A stretch of 37,179 bases of DNA from a virus. The translations under genes and the position numbers were made by a program. Positions 9,341-18,687 of the stretch are shown here, in pieces. Every line of letters begins with the position of its first letter. Positions within the stretch are counted from its first letter, which is position 1. The DNA is taken from the UHGV virus genome UHGV-0294517; one strand, written 5' to 3'. The notes under the pieces are model-generated. The model was not told where the DNA came from and did not search any database. It saw only the letters and a program-made list of their open reading frames with translations.

Positions 9341-9895
9341 CTACATAAAAGCGTCACCGATTTCAAAATCAGTCAATTCTTCCTGTTTTAACTCGATCAG
9401 TTTTTTAATTTTCTGGATTCTCTTTTTCTCTTCCGGATCTTTAACTTCGCTCAGATCAATCCCTCTGTACATAATTCTTTTCTTGATCTCATTGTCCTCT
9501 GATAATCCATCAAAAAGCATTCGAAATTTCCACCAGTGCAGATATTTAATATCAATCAGGTCGATTCCGTAATCGCGCAAAAATGCTGATAATATATAGG
9601 GATAATCGATGGAAAAAGAAAAAAGATTCTTTTGCCTCACTGTTCCAGTTTGACTGACTTCTCCGTCTGAAAAATCAGCACTCATAAAGTCGCATAATGC
9701 GTCAATTGCAGGCTGCGATATTTCGATATCGTCAAGGAAATACTCACTCAAAATCAACAGCTTATCCACAGACTTGACATCTTTATCTTTTAACATGTCC
9801 AAAAGAGAAATATACTCTCGAAAATCGGTTCTGATTCTCACAGGCTTTCCATTTACAATTACCGATGTCGGGAGTGATTCATAGAAGAGGTTCAT
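9341..9895 (-). CDS. tail assembly chaperone (phage Gp15-like)
   Basis: Position between the major tail protein and the tape measure. Resembles Listeria A118-type gp15. Own ATG and RBS. Confidence 0.65.
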   Translation of the reverse strand: MNLFYESLPTSVIVNGKPVRIRTDFREYISLLDMLKDKDVKSVDKLLILSEYFLDDIEISQPAIDALCDFMSADFSDGEVSQTGTVRQKNLFSFSIDYPYILSAFLRDYGIDLIDIKYLHWWKFRMLFDGLSEDNEIKKRIMYRGIDLSEVKDPEEKKRIQKIKKLIELKQEELTDFEIGDAFM

Positions 9896-10254
9896 CGGTT
9901 CTTATTCGCCCCTCTCCTAGCTTTCCTGTTTGGTGTATATTTGTTTACCATACTGTTATATCTGGACTGCTCGCTGTTCCGTAAATCAAACAGTGAATTG
10001 GCGGCCTTAACTCTCATGTCCATGCTGTTTTTCCCTAGAAACATTTTTTCGCTTGTTCCGTCTCCGAATAATCGGTCATAGAAATCATTAAAAACCTTGC
10101 ATTGCGCCCTCGTAATCTCGGACACTTTTCCAACTTTCGGCACTTTTTCGGATTCCTCAACCATTTTTTCGTAGCAGCCCTCAAATTTTTCCATAAAATC
10201 TGCGTCTGTAAAATCGATGTCTGTTTCAAAATTATTAAATTTCCACTGGCTCAT
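9892..10254 (-). CDS. tail assembly chaperone (phage Gp14-like)
   Basis: Position and size (120 aa). C-terminal basic tail NRKARRGANKNR. Confidence 0.6.
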   Translation of the reverse strand: MSQWKFNNFETDIDFTDADFMEKFEGCYEKMVEESEKVPKVGKVSEITRAQCKVFNDFYDRLFGDGTSEKMFLGKNSMDMRVKAANSLFDLRNSEQSRYNSMVNKYTPNRKARRGANKNR

Positions 10255-10309
10255 TGGCTCACTCTCCTATTCTTTCCTGTGTTTTTTGCCACCTTAAAAT
10301 CGGCGGCAG

Positions 10310-10834
10310 CTACTCCCCCATGTAATCACCCTTAGTGTAAGTGACTGTCTTAGATGTAATATCAGTCTCTGTAACATATCCTTCCTCGATGTCGGATACA
10401 GCTTTCAGTGATCCGCTGTAAACCAATGCGTCCGTTCCATCTCCGTCGGAATCTGGGATAACTGCGCAAGTTCTCTTTGTCGCAAAGCACTTATCGCCTT
10501 TCGTATTTTTCTTGTAAAAATCCACTGTGACAACTTCCACGTGCGCATCATCGGCTACTTTCTCTCCGTCATGGATTGCGGCAATGCGCTCATGTACCGG
10601 ATTACCTGCGTACATATCGAATGAGTATTCTGTAGCCGGGGCATATCCAACTACATCTGATCTCTCCGTGCTTTCATCCACGTACTGTCTGGAATACTCT
10701 TTCGGGTTTTTCCCGTTTGTCATTGCGGTAAAATTGGTCATTCTTTCAAATTTCGGAGAGCTACCCGTTGCATCCGTGTTCATGAATGCCACACGCAAAT
10801 GTCTGCCGACTAATTTTGGTGCTATTACTGCCAT
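10310..10834 (-). CDS. major tail protein
   Basis: 174 aa upstream of the chaperones. Start at M12 of the track ORF (CACAGGAGGT RBS). Confidence 0.75.
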   Translation of the reverse strand: MAVIAPKLVGRHLRVAFMNTDATGSSPKFERMTNFTAMTNGKNPKEYSRQYVDESTERSDVVGYAPATEYSFDMYAGNPVHERIAAIHDGEKVADDAHVEVVTVDFYKKNTKGDKCFATKRTCAVIPDSDGDGTDALVYSGSLKAVSDIEEGYVTETDITSKTVTYTKGDYMGE

Positions 10835-10836
10835 AC

Positions 10837-11256
10837 TTATACCTCCTGTGCATAAATTAAGCGGCACTCTATGCGATACTTGGCATTTTCGCCGTTCATA
10901 TCGTACAGGTAGCCACTGTTTAAAGTTTCGATTGATATTGGATTCTTCTTTTCTCCGAGTTCCGGTAGATTGCCATTAAAACTCTGCTGTTCCAGCCACT
11001 CTTCAAAACTCTGGAAGAATCCACTGTTCTCAATATTGATTCGCGCGTCCTGATCGTATTCCTCTTGGCTTGAAAACGCAAACTGGAACTGCTTTTTTGC
11101 TCCACCATCCATGTATCTCTGGATAATCGGATCGCATGGAAGAGGATCGATGGAATACCCCATATCTGTTCCAATATAGTCCACGTTTACACGTCCGTCA
11201 CTTAAAAACGGGCATGTGAGGATGTATAATCTGACGATGTCAATGAGTTTTGACAT
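10837..11256 (-). CDS. tail completion / tail terminator-like protein
   Basis: Position immediately before the major tail protein gene. Family not recognised. Confidence 0.5.
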   Translation of the reverse strand: MSKLIDIVRLYILTCPFLSDGRVNVDYIGTDMGYSIDPLPCDPIIQRYMDGGAKKQFQFAFSSQEEYDQDARINIENSGFFQSFEEWLEQQSFNGNLPELGEKKNPISIETLNSGYLYDMNGENAKYRIECRLIYAQEV

Positions 11257-11629
11257 AGTTCGCCGCTCCTTTCAAGATAGAGCCCTTGTGCCGGTTCTTC
11301 ATGCGTTCGAACCACTGTGATTTTTCCTTGTGTTCGTAGTAGTGTCTGCGGGCATAAGGCGCAATCTGATTGATTTCTCCACTTCCAATCACTGTTCCAA
11401 GTGTGGGTGATTTAATCAAAACACCGGATCTCTTTGGCGTCTCTGGCGCCATCCGTCTAATACACTCGGAATCTACAAAAGACTGTGCATTTGCGAAACC
11501 GGATTCCGTACTTGGCTTAAAGCTTGGATTCCATTCGATTTTTGCTGATACTTTTCCACCGCCGGATGCTTGGGTATATATAGATCCTCTCGGAGTCTGG
11601 ATTTTGAATTTCTTTTTTCCTTTTGCCAT
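11240..11629 (-). CDS. head-tail joining protein (HK97 gp10-like family)
   Basis: Position. C-terminal ...QIAPYARRHYYE... resembles that family. Confidence 0.6.
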   Translation of the reverse strand: MAKGKKKFKIQTPRGSIYTQASGGGKVSAKIEWNPSFKPSTESGFANAQSFVDSECIRRMAPETPKRSGVLIKSPTLGTVIGSGEINQIAPYARRHYYEHKEKSQWFERMKNRHKGSILKGAANYVKTH

Positions 11630-11964
11630 TACACTCCAACCACCTTAATATGCGGATTGCCGCCAAAAGTATTGTAGTTTACAGACGTGACTCTGGTCTT
11701 ATCCAGTCCATCCAAATCCTTGATGGTCTGCATGTCAACCTTACAATCTCCTTTTACAAGATAATCATCTTTTTTGACAGCCACGCTCGTGTCCGGGATT
11801 CTGACGGTGTAAGTGTCTGCCTGCTTTAATCCATCTGTCGTAATCTGCGACTTTTCATTTTTGTACCACCATACTTTCGGGATGCAGGTTCGTTCCCACT
11901 CATCCAGCCGAGTAGATGGGTTATATTTCCTACTGTAAAGCGTGGCATCTGTGTTTGTTATCAC
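11629..11964 (-). CDS. head closure protein (head-tail adaptor)
   Basis: Position in the connector block. 111 aa. Confidence 0.55.
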   Translation of the reverse strand: MITNTDATLYSRKYNPSTRLDEWERTCIPKVWWYKNEKSQITTDGLKQADTYTVRIPDTSVAVKKDDYLVKGDCKVDMQTIKDLDGLDKTRVTSVNYNTFGGNPHIKVVGV

Positions 11965-12341
11965 GATTCCACCCCCATGTACAAAAGACCTGTCGGCATA
12001 AGATAAAGCTCTAATGTGTCAAATATCTTTCTGCCAAGCAAATCATCCGCTGTCTCTCCGTTTCCTCCACTTTCATAGCTAACAGAGTATCCATCCGTGT
12101 TTTCGGATGTGACCACGCGTCCAGAATGCTTGCTTCTGACCTTTTCATCGTTGGCAATCAAATCGCAGACAGCACAGGCGGCAAGCTTTACCTCGTCCAA
12201 TTCCTTATTTTCATCGGCGCGCCCGAAGGTAATCCTCCGGACGTAGGCTGATGATTTCATAATGGATTTTTCAAACTCTTCTTTTGACAGACTCCCTTTG
12301 TATGTAGTGGTGTAATATTCATAATCTGCATACAGAATCAT
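11961..12341 (-). CDS. head-tail connector protein (gp6-like DNA-packaging/connector family)
   Basis: 126 aa directly after the major capsid gene. Typical size and position. Confidence 0.6.
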   Translation of the reverse strand: MILYADYEYYTTTYKGSLSKEEFEKSIMKSSAYVRRITFGRADENKELDEVKLAACAVCDLIANDEKVRSKHSGRVVTSENTDGYSVSYESGGNGETADDLLGRKIFDTLELYLMPTGLLYMGVES

Positions 12342-12352
12342 TTAATCACTCC

Positions 12353-13210
12353 TTACACCGCTGTGTGTACATAGATACCATCTTTCTTGTTATCGTAGCA
12401 TTCTGCGATACCAACAGTACGGTATCCAAATTTCCAAGCGTCTGCATCCTGGTTCTGATCCGGTGTAATAATCTTGGAGACTGTGTGTTTCTGGTACTGG
12501 ATTGCTGCCTGTTTGTCCACGATCATGAAGTTTACTGCTTTACCTTCGGAGTTCTTAGCATATCCGCCGGCACCAGAAGCTGTCAGATCGATTTTGGAGT
12601 AAAATCTTCCCTCCGGAACTTTGACAATTCCGGCAAATCCGTCAATTGCTTTCTTGGATGCTGTTGTGTCCAAGTCCTCGATCATGCCGTAGATTGTCGG
12701 ATTGATAAACAGATAGCAGGTCGCAAGGTTCGCTTCTGCGTTCTCAATCTTGCTTCTTGCTGTTCTGAGTGCCGCAAGAGCCGCCTTACCATCATTGAGA
12801 GCCGCAGCTACAGTTGTCACTCCATCAATAGACGCATAGCCTGCCAGGCGGTAAGCATCAAGTTCTGGCACTACTTTAGTGCGCAGGAATTCTCCAGAAA
12901 GTCGGCTGAATGCAAGACCTGCGGACTCGATATTGTCCATAGCATCAATTGTAAACATTCGTCCACGGTCATATCCACATTTCTTTGTTTCGTATTCGAG
13001 TGTTACATCACCTGCAACATACCCTGACTGCCTATTGTAGTTTGCTAATCCCTGCATTGTCATTTTCGGGATTAAGATTTCATTTGCATTCGCTCCCTCT
13101 CGCGCCAACTCGTTTGCCCCGTCAAGGACAGCTGTGAGAGATGACAGTTTGTATACCTGGTCAAGTAGGCCAGATAAATATTCTTTTCTTAATGCAATGT
13201 TGTTTGCCAT
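12353..13210 (-). CDS. major capsid protein
   Basis: 285 aa following the scaffold gene. Resembles SPP1/A118-type capsid proteins. Confidence 0.85.
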   Translation of the reverse strand: MANNIALRKEYLSGLLDQVYKLSSLTAVLDGANELAREGANANEILIPKMTMQGLANYNRQSGYVAGDVTLEYETKKCGYDRGRMFTIDAMDNIESAGLAFSRLSGEFLRTKVVPELDAYRLAGYASIDGVTTVAAALNDGKAALAALRTARSKIENAEANLATCYLFINPTIYGMIEDLDTTASKKAIDGFAGIVKVPEGRFYSKIDLTASGAGGYAKNSEGKAVNFMIVDKQAAIQYQKHTVSKIITPDQNQDADAWKFGYRTVGIAECYDNKKDGIYVHTAV

Positions 13211-13241
13211 GTTTTTACCTCGTTCTTTCTAATATTGTTTG

Positions 13242-13796
13242 TTATTTTTCCGGTGGAAGTCCCATTGCTGCTCTCATAGCAGAACGCATGTCGCTACCAA
13301 TCTCTCCACCGGAGCCGCCAGTTGCTCCTACTGGGTTCTTAAAAGGCTCATCAGAGCCAAATAAATAAGCATCAGACTCCTTTACGGTTTCCAATGCTTT
13401 CTTGATGTCCTCAGACTGGTTTTTCGATCCTTTCAAAGCGTCAATATCAAGCATAGCCATGACCGCTTTTTCATTGCGTCCCCCGGCTGTCTTGATTGCT
13501 TCTTTGATCGTGTCGGAAAAGATGCGATCTGCTTCTTTGGCGGCATACTCAGCATCCTTGTCTTTCAGCTGCTGATTCAGCTTATCAATTTCTCCCTGCA
13601 TAGCTGTTGGGTCAACATCTTTAAACTTTTCCAAAGATTCCGTTGTGGTCTCAAGCTGACTCTTATAATTGTCACGCTCCCCCTCTGCTTTGGTAGTCTT
13701 TGCCTTTTCAGCGGCAATGTCTTTCCCGTTCTCTGCCATGATTTTACCAATGACATCCTGCTCCAATCCAAGTCCTTTTAAAAATTCTGTTTTCAT
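13242..13796 (-). CDS. scaffolding protein
   Basis: Highly charged alpha-helical K/E-rich protein preceding the capsid gene. Start at M8 (AAAGGAGA RBS). Confidence 0.8.
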   Translation of the reverse strand: MKTEFLKGLGLEQDVIGKIMAENGKDIAAEKAKTTKAEGERDNYKSQLETTTESLEKFKDVDPTAMQGEIDKLNQQLKDKDAEYAAKEADRIFSDTIKEAIKTAGGRNEKAVMAMLDIDALKGSKNQSEDIKKALETVKESDAYLFGSDEPFKNPVGATGGSGGEIGSDMRSAMRAAMGLPPEK

Positions 13797-13923
13797 GTTT
13801 CCATTCTCCTTTCGCATTAGGTTGTTTAAGGTGTGTAACCATCCACCACGAATTGACTGTTTAAGGTCTCATCTACTGACCAAAAAGGCATAAAAATAAC
13901 ACATATCTCTATGTGCTAATCTC

Positions 13924-14019
13924 TTAAAGTAACGCCTGCACCTGCTCTTTCAAGCTCTCCGGTACATTATCAATTGTCAAGTGTCCACCTTTAATTCTGT
14001 TTGCCAAAAACTGCGCCAT
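13924..14019 (-). CDS. small ORF (31 aa)
   Basis: GGAGGTG RBS overlapping the stop of the upstream gene. Not in the track. Speculative. Confidence 0.3.
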   Translation of the reverse strand: MAQFLANRIKGGHLTIDNVPESLKEQVQALL

Positions 14020-14022
14020 AAT

Positions 14023-14310
14023 TTACACCTCCGCTTCCATTGTTGCAAGAATTAACTCCTGCACCGCCTGATCTGTGACTTCCTGAGCCGCCTGTGTTGC
14101 TTTCAAGTCTTTCTGCAATTTACCGTAGGCGCTCATACCGTCATCCACTGCTTCATATTCTTTGATTACGTTTTCTTCTGTCTCTGTATAGCCAACAAAG
14201 ACAAGGTTGCTAAATCCCTCTGGTTTTTCCTCTTTGAGCGGCTTATAGCCCTCTTTCTTGATGGAGCTGATTCTTACAGTTCCGTTTTCCATGATTTTTG
14301 CATAGTTCAT
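14023..14310 (-). CDS. hypothetical head-module protein (95 aa)
   Basis: ORF in an operon with the head genes. Confidence 0.5.
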   Translation of the reverse strand: MNYAKIMENGTVRISSIKKEGYKPLKEEKPEGFSNLVFVGYTETEENVIKEYEAVDDGMSAYGKLQKDLKATQAAQEVTDQAVQELILATMEAEV

Positions 14311-14312
14311 GT

Positions 14313-15869
14313 TTAAATCTCCTTTCGATATGTTGCTTTGATATCGGGGTCAAGCTCCCCTCCGTCCGCTGTGATGACTGTGGTTGGGTAGTAGGTTTTT
14401 AATGCTCGGATTGCGTTCTGCTCTTCTTCTGGGAGTGGGACGAATTCTTCGGAATCGCCCTTATACAGAACGTGCAATGGATTATCTGCCAAATACTGTT
14501 TATATGCATCCGGTGTAAGTTCCACCTCTTCTGGGAGAGTTATACATAGGATCCCTAAATTATTTATAGTAATACCTGTATCTTTTTTGTATCCTACACT
14601 GGAATAGTCATATCCTAACAATTCAGAGCAGAACGGTACGGCTATTGGGAAAGTAATGTCTGTCCTATAAAATATTTTAGACGCAGGTTGAATTGACCAC
14701 TTTCCAGTTTTTCCGTCAATCGTTTCATTTGCAGAATTATACAACCACCCAATCTGTCCGCCCTGTTCGACCAGTCTGTCCCATTTTGTAATAGGGCGGT
14801 CGGATGTGAGGGTGATGGTTTGTTCTTTGTAGGATTCAAAATCCGTTCGACTTGCCCCGATTTCTATTTGCAGTCCACCGCAAACTCCAATGACCTCATT
14901 AAGCGATGTTTTGTTGCATCTAACATAGATATAATCCTCTGTTGCAGTAAATGTGTGCGTATCTTTGGAGTTCGGATAACCGGGATAACATATAAAATAT
15001 TTAAAATCTTCAGAACTCTTTAAAGCCACTCCGTAATAATATAAGCCTGGATTATTGATTTTTGTATTATTAGATACTGTTACAGTGCTTCCCGTACCGA
15101 CATAAACTGCAATTTCTACAAAGCCCGCACCATTTGCAGATGTCGTCCAATTCGATTTCTCTTTTGCTTTTTCGATATCAAACAGATTCTTTCCAGTAAC
15201 TTTCACACTAACTTCATACTTCTGTGTGTCTGCATTCCACTTCCCAGAGTTTTTGATTTCCTGCGGATATTCTTGACTTGGGGATGGTTTGCCGCCTGTA
15301 TAGGGTTCGTAAGTAGTTACAGTAGTGCCCAACTCAACTTGCAATTCTGTGTTTTCTTGCGCATCATAAGTCACAGAGAAAAAAAGTTTTTTTGCATTTT
15401 TCGGGATTGTTATATTTTTAAATTCCGAATAGTTATTATTCCCGGTATCAAACACTCCGGTGATAATAGTATCTGTCTCATCAGTGAATACATATTTTTT
15501 TCCTGTTTTTTCTTTTGTTCTGACTGACACTGAAACGTTTTTCCCTTGCATAGAACTTACTTCCATATTTGTTGTGAATGATTTTTGCATTTGGGTTAAC
15601 GATACTTTATCACCAGCATTAACGCTTGTTAGATATCCTTGTTCGTATACATTGGCGTTTGCCAAATTCTTCCCAGTAGTCTGCACCTGCTCCGTCTTCC
15701 CACCAAGCTCCAACCTCTCAAGCGGTGCATCCAAGCTGTTCGGAAGTACCAGCATCCCTGTACCCTCTAGCTCTACCCTGTCATAATTCGGTGGCTGCGG
15801 CGTAGAGACACCTAGAGGGCAGATCATATCCACTCCTATGATTCCTGTTCCATCTACCATTTTAAGCAT
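14313..15869 (-). CDS. large protein of unknown function (518 aa), beta-rich and Thr/Ser/Asn/Gly/Tyr-rich, inserted in the head-morphogenesis module
   Basis: Long clean ORF between the Mu-F-like minor head protein and the scaffold. No recognisable catalytic motif. Composition suggests a carbohydrate-binding, Ig-like or decoration protein. Confidence 0.7.
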   Translation of the reverse strand: MLKMVDGTGIIGVDMICPLGVSTPQPPNYDRVELEGTGMLVLPNSLDAPLERLELGGKTEQVQTTGKNLANANVYEQGYLTSVNAGDKVSLTQMQKSFTTNMEVSSMQGKNVSVSVRTKEKTGKKYVFTDETDTIITGVFDTGNNNYSEFKNITIPKNAKKLFFSVTYDAQENTELQVELGTTVTTYEPYTGGKPSPSQEYPQEIKNSGKWNADTQKYEVSVKVTGKNLFDIEKAKEKSNWTTSANGAGFVEIAVYVGTGSTVTVSNNTKINNPGLYYYGVALKSSEDFKYFICYPGYPNSKDTHTFTATEDYIYVRCNKTSLNEVIGVCGGLQIEIGASRTDFESYKEQTITLTSDRPITKWDRLVEQGGQIGWLYNSANETIDGKTGKWSIQPASKIFYRTDITFPIAVPFCSELLGYDYSSVGYKKDTGITINNLGILCITLPEEVELTPDAYKQYLADNPLHVLYKGDSEEFVPLPEEEQNAIRALKTYYPTTVITADGGELDPDIKATYRKEI

Positions 15870-16135
15870 TGTACTTCTACTCCTTTTTCTGAGGTTGCTG
15901 TGGGGATGATCTGGACGATGTTGCTCTTTCCACCACCGTAGGAACCGTACTGCAATACCTGTGCGGTCTGTGCCGGAATCAGTACGCTTTGTTCTTTTGT
16001 TGCGTCCCTTTCCAGAGATGCGTAAATATCACCATCCGTAAAATTCTTAACCAGAAATTCGGATGATGCTGTCTCAAATTCAAAAATCAATGTTTCTTCC
16101 GCTGTCGGCTGTCTGATTACTTTTACTTTACTCAT
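15854..16135 (-). CDS. hypothetical protein (93 aa)
   Basis: ATGA-coupled to the upstream minor head protein gene. Overlaps the 518-aa gene by 16 nt in another frame. Confidence 0.55.
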   Translation of the reverse strand: MSKVKVIRQPTAEETLIFEFETASSEFLVKNFTDGDIYASLERDATKEQSVLIPAQTAQVLQYGSYGGGKSNIVQIIPTATSEKGVEVQCLKW

Positions 16136-17334
16136 TTCCTAAACCTCCTAAATCGTTTTGGTACGGGTGCCACTCTGCCGCGCATATCGTAATAGATGCG
16201 CTCTCTTTCTTGTTGTAGACCCATTTTCTTGCAAAATCTGGTGTATTCTCCCAGTTGTCCTTGATACTTTGCTTTCGCAAGCATCACATCGTCTGGATCA
16301 GCTCCGCCCTGTTTTAGTAGCACAGCCTTTTCTCTCTGTGCCCTCATAGCGGTTTCCATTTTCCTCTGTTGCTGTCTGGCTTCGTATAAGGTGTATTCCT
16401 TGCCGTTAAACGTCTTAGGTATACTTTCCTTTCGGTTCTGCTCTGCAAGCCAAGAATCAGACCAATTCCGCTCCGAGACGCCTTTCACAAACGGGTAATA
16501 TTCGTGATAGCAGTTCGCTCCAAGCAGTCCAGTGACTGTTCCAAGACCACATACCGTAACAAGTTGTTCCTTTGACCAGACCTTCCCTTGCCAGACAGCG
16601 TGTGATGGTCTCGCTCCGGCGTGCCACGCGACTTCGTAATGCTCTGTCCCAAGCTTATCGGCGTTCATTTCTGATATTTTCCCGGTAAGCTGTGACACAC
16701 CCGTCATAACCGCTCTCCTTGCCGCCACATCTACCCTGCTATGCCACCCAGAAGCGTAGTCAATGCTTCTGAGTCCGCTTTTTGTGAGTTGAGTAACCAC
16801 CTTGCGAATCATGGTATTGTAGTCAAACGTGCCGTATACAACCCCTGTAATAGCTTGGTCGAGATATCCTTGGTAGATGTCGGACAATGGAGTCATAACG
16901 AGCCTACCGCCGCCATAATCCACATAAAATCCCATGGACTTTGTGACGTTCCGCAGATCATCATTGCTCTGCCGGATGAATCCATCTGTAAGCTGTTGCA
17001 ACTCCTTATTATCCTCGTAGGGGATATATTCTGCATTGACCTGCTCGTAGATGTCTTTATTACGGACATATTCCCAGTCGATTACCTTGTCGTACAGCTC
17101 AAACACTTCCGGATAGGACAGGTTTAGAGCAGTTTTAATCATCTTTTCGATGTCCTCAGAAGAGTACCCAATAATCTGTAGTCGGTTAATCTGCCAGTCG
17201 GCTGTGCTTGTGATTTTTCCCGCTTTTTTAATCCGGCGAACAATGTCCTCGAGAATCATCTGTTCCAAATCAAGAAAATGCTTCTCGATCTGTCCGGATA
17301 GCTGCTTTTTGTAGTCTTCCCTCAATTGGTTCAC
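16132..17334 (-). CDS. minor head / head morphogenesis protein (phage Mu F / SPP1 gp7 family)
   Basis: Motif region ...EVAWHAGARPSHAVWQGKVWS... typical of the Mu-F-like family. Immediately downstream of the portal gene. Confidence 0.85.
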   Translation of the reverse strand: MNQLREDYKKQLSGQIEKHFLDLEQMILEDIVRRIKKAGKITSTADWQINRLQIIGYSSEDIEKMIKTALNLSYPEVFELYDKVIDWEYVRNKDIYEQVNAEYIPYEDNKELQQLTDGFIRQSNDDLRNVTKSMGFYVDYGGGRLVMTPLSDIYQGYLDQAITGVVYGTFDYNTMIRKVVTQLTKSGLRSIDYASGWHSRVDVAARRAVMTGVSQLTGKISEMNADKLGTEHYEVAWHAGARPSHAVWQGKVWSKEQLVTVCGLGTVTGLLGANCYHEYYPFVKGVSERNWSDSWLAEQNRKESIPKTFNGKEYTLYEARQQQRKMETAMRAQREKAVLLKQGGADPDDVMLAKAKYQGQLGEYTRFCKKMGLQQERERIYYDMRGRVAPVPKRFRRFRK

Positions 17335-18687
17335 CTACTCCATTACTTCGATCTGCTCTGGCAACATCTTTTTCGCTGTGGCTTCGTCCTCGTTGTACCA
17401 CTTCATGCGGTATTCCAAATGCGACATCACTCCCATACTCACGTCCTGTCTGTCCTGCTGACGCTCTGTTTCCTCATCGGTCAGTATGGAATCGTTGAAT
17501 TTGCAAGAGAACTCATATCCCGAATTAAGCATACTGTTGTAGAATGCAAGCCCTGCGGCAAAGTCCTCTAAGCAATCGTATAAGTTGTTCTGGATCGCCG
17601 TCACTCGGTTGTACTTGCGGTTCTTTGATGCTTTAATTTCCGTGGCTGTTTTCGCTACTTCCTGCGCATCTGACAGGTCTCCATAAGCAAGACCTACAGA
17701 AAACTCGATCTCTCGCTTGTATTCCTCCAACCCGCGCTTAAAGGCTTCGTCCCTCATTTCTGGGGAGTATTCCTTTAATAATTCTTGGTCTTTCCCGACA
17801 TCCAGATTCATTCCACGGTACAGCTTGTTTTTGAGTTTCGGAAGTCCAAACTTCCCGGTTGCCTTATCTTGTTTAAGTGCTCTATTATCCACATGGATAG
17901 CACGCTCACCCGATTCGTATTCCCAGTCAAGCCTTGCCCCCTGTGTATCAGTTTTCCGGATCAGTGCAACTGCCGACTCGTACACCGACACTCCGCAGGC
18001 AGAACCATCTATTTTATTTTTAATTGGATTGCGATAATATCCAAAGTCCATACGGTTCATGCCGGGATAGGTAATCGGTCCAGGTAGGATATTCTCCCAT
18101 TCTTCCACCGCTTCTAGGCTGCATGGAAGACCGATATCATTCGCTGTCTGAGAGTGGAAACACTTGTTTTCTATAGTCAGATTCCCGTCAATGAAATAGT
18201 GCCGTTCAAGCCTTGTGAAATAATCAGCGTCCCCAACCTTTTTTACGGTCAGAAATGTGATATCATTCGGCTTTCCGTCATCCCCGAAGCTGATCGGGAT
18301 GATCTTGTCGGCAGAAACAAATTCAGCAGCCGATTCTCCCAGTGGCTTCAGGACAAACGACCCCAGTGCAAGTCCTTCCTGTAGGTTCTCATTTAGGCTT
18401 GCGATATTCTTCTTGTAAATTTTGTCTAACCGTTCGTTACTTACGCTGGTTTCCATTTCCACCAGCGCACAGTCCGCAAACTCTCGGCAGATTCCATCTT
18501 CAATCCCGAGGGAAACAATGCTGTCAGAAATCCAATCTGCATCACCATTTAACATCTGTCTCCATCTGTTGATTGCATCTATCATGTCGTTGGATAGTGC
18601 GATATCTTTGCCGATGATCTGTTTTAATGTCGTGTACCCAAACATCCTCATGATTCCTTTCCATAGTTTCTTAATTCCATCAAACAT
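17335..18687 (-). CDS. portal protein (SPP1 gp6-like)
   Basis: 450 aa directly after the large terminase. Sequence resembles the SPP1-type portal family. Confidence 0.9.
   Translation of the reverse strand: MFDGIKKLWKGIMRMFGYTTLKQIIGKDIALSNDMIDAINRWRQMLNGDADWISDSIVSLGIEDGICREFADCALVEMETSVSNERLDKIYKKNIASLNENLQEGLALGSFVLKPLGESAAEFVSADKIIPISFGDDGKPNDITFLTVKKVGDADYFTRLERHYFIDGNLTIENKCFHSQTANDIGLPCSLEAVEEWENILPGPITYPGMNRMDFGYYRNPIKNKIDGSACGVSVYESAVALIRKTDTQGARLDWEYESGERAIHVDNRALKQDKATGKFGLPKLKNKLYRGMNLDVGKDQELLKEYSPEMRDEAFKRGLEEYKREIEFSVGLAYGDLSDAQEVAKTATEIKASKNRKYNRVTAIQNNLYDCLEDFAAGLAFYNSMLNSGYEFSCKFNDSILTDEETERQQDRQDVSMGVMSHLEYRMKWYNEDEATAKKMLPEQIEVME

Noticed and set aside
9880-9900. Possible programmed -1 frameshift between the two tail-chaperone genes
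   Set aside because: The downstream gene has its own ATG and GAGGGG RBS. Its frame is closed by a TAA only two codons upstream of that ATG. No slippery sequence.
12365-13027. 220-aa plus-strand ORF inside the capsid gene
   Set aside because: Antisense to the major capsid protein. Cys-rich junk translation. No RBS.
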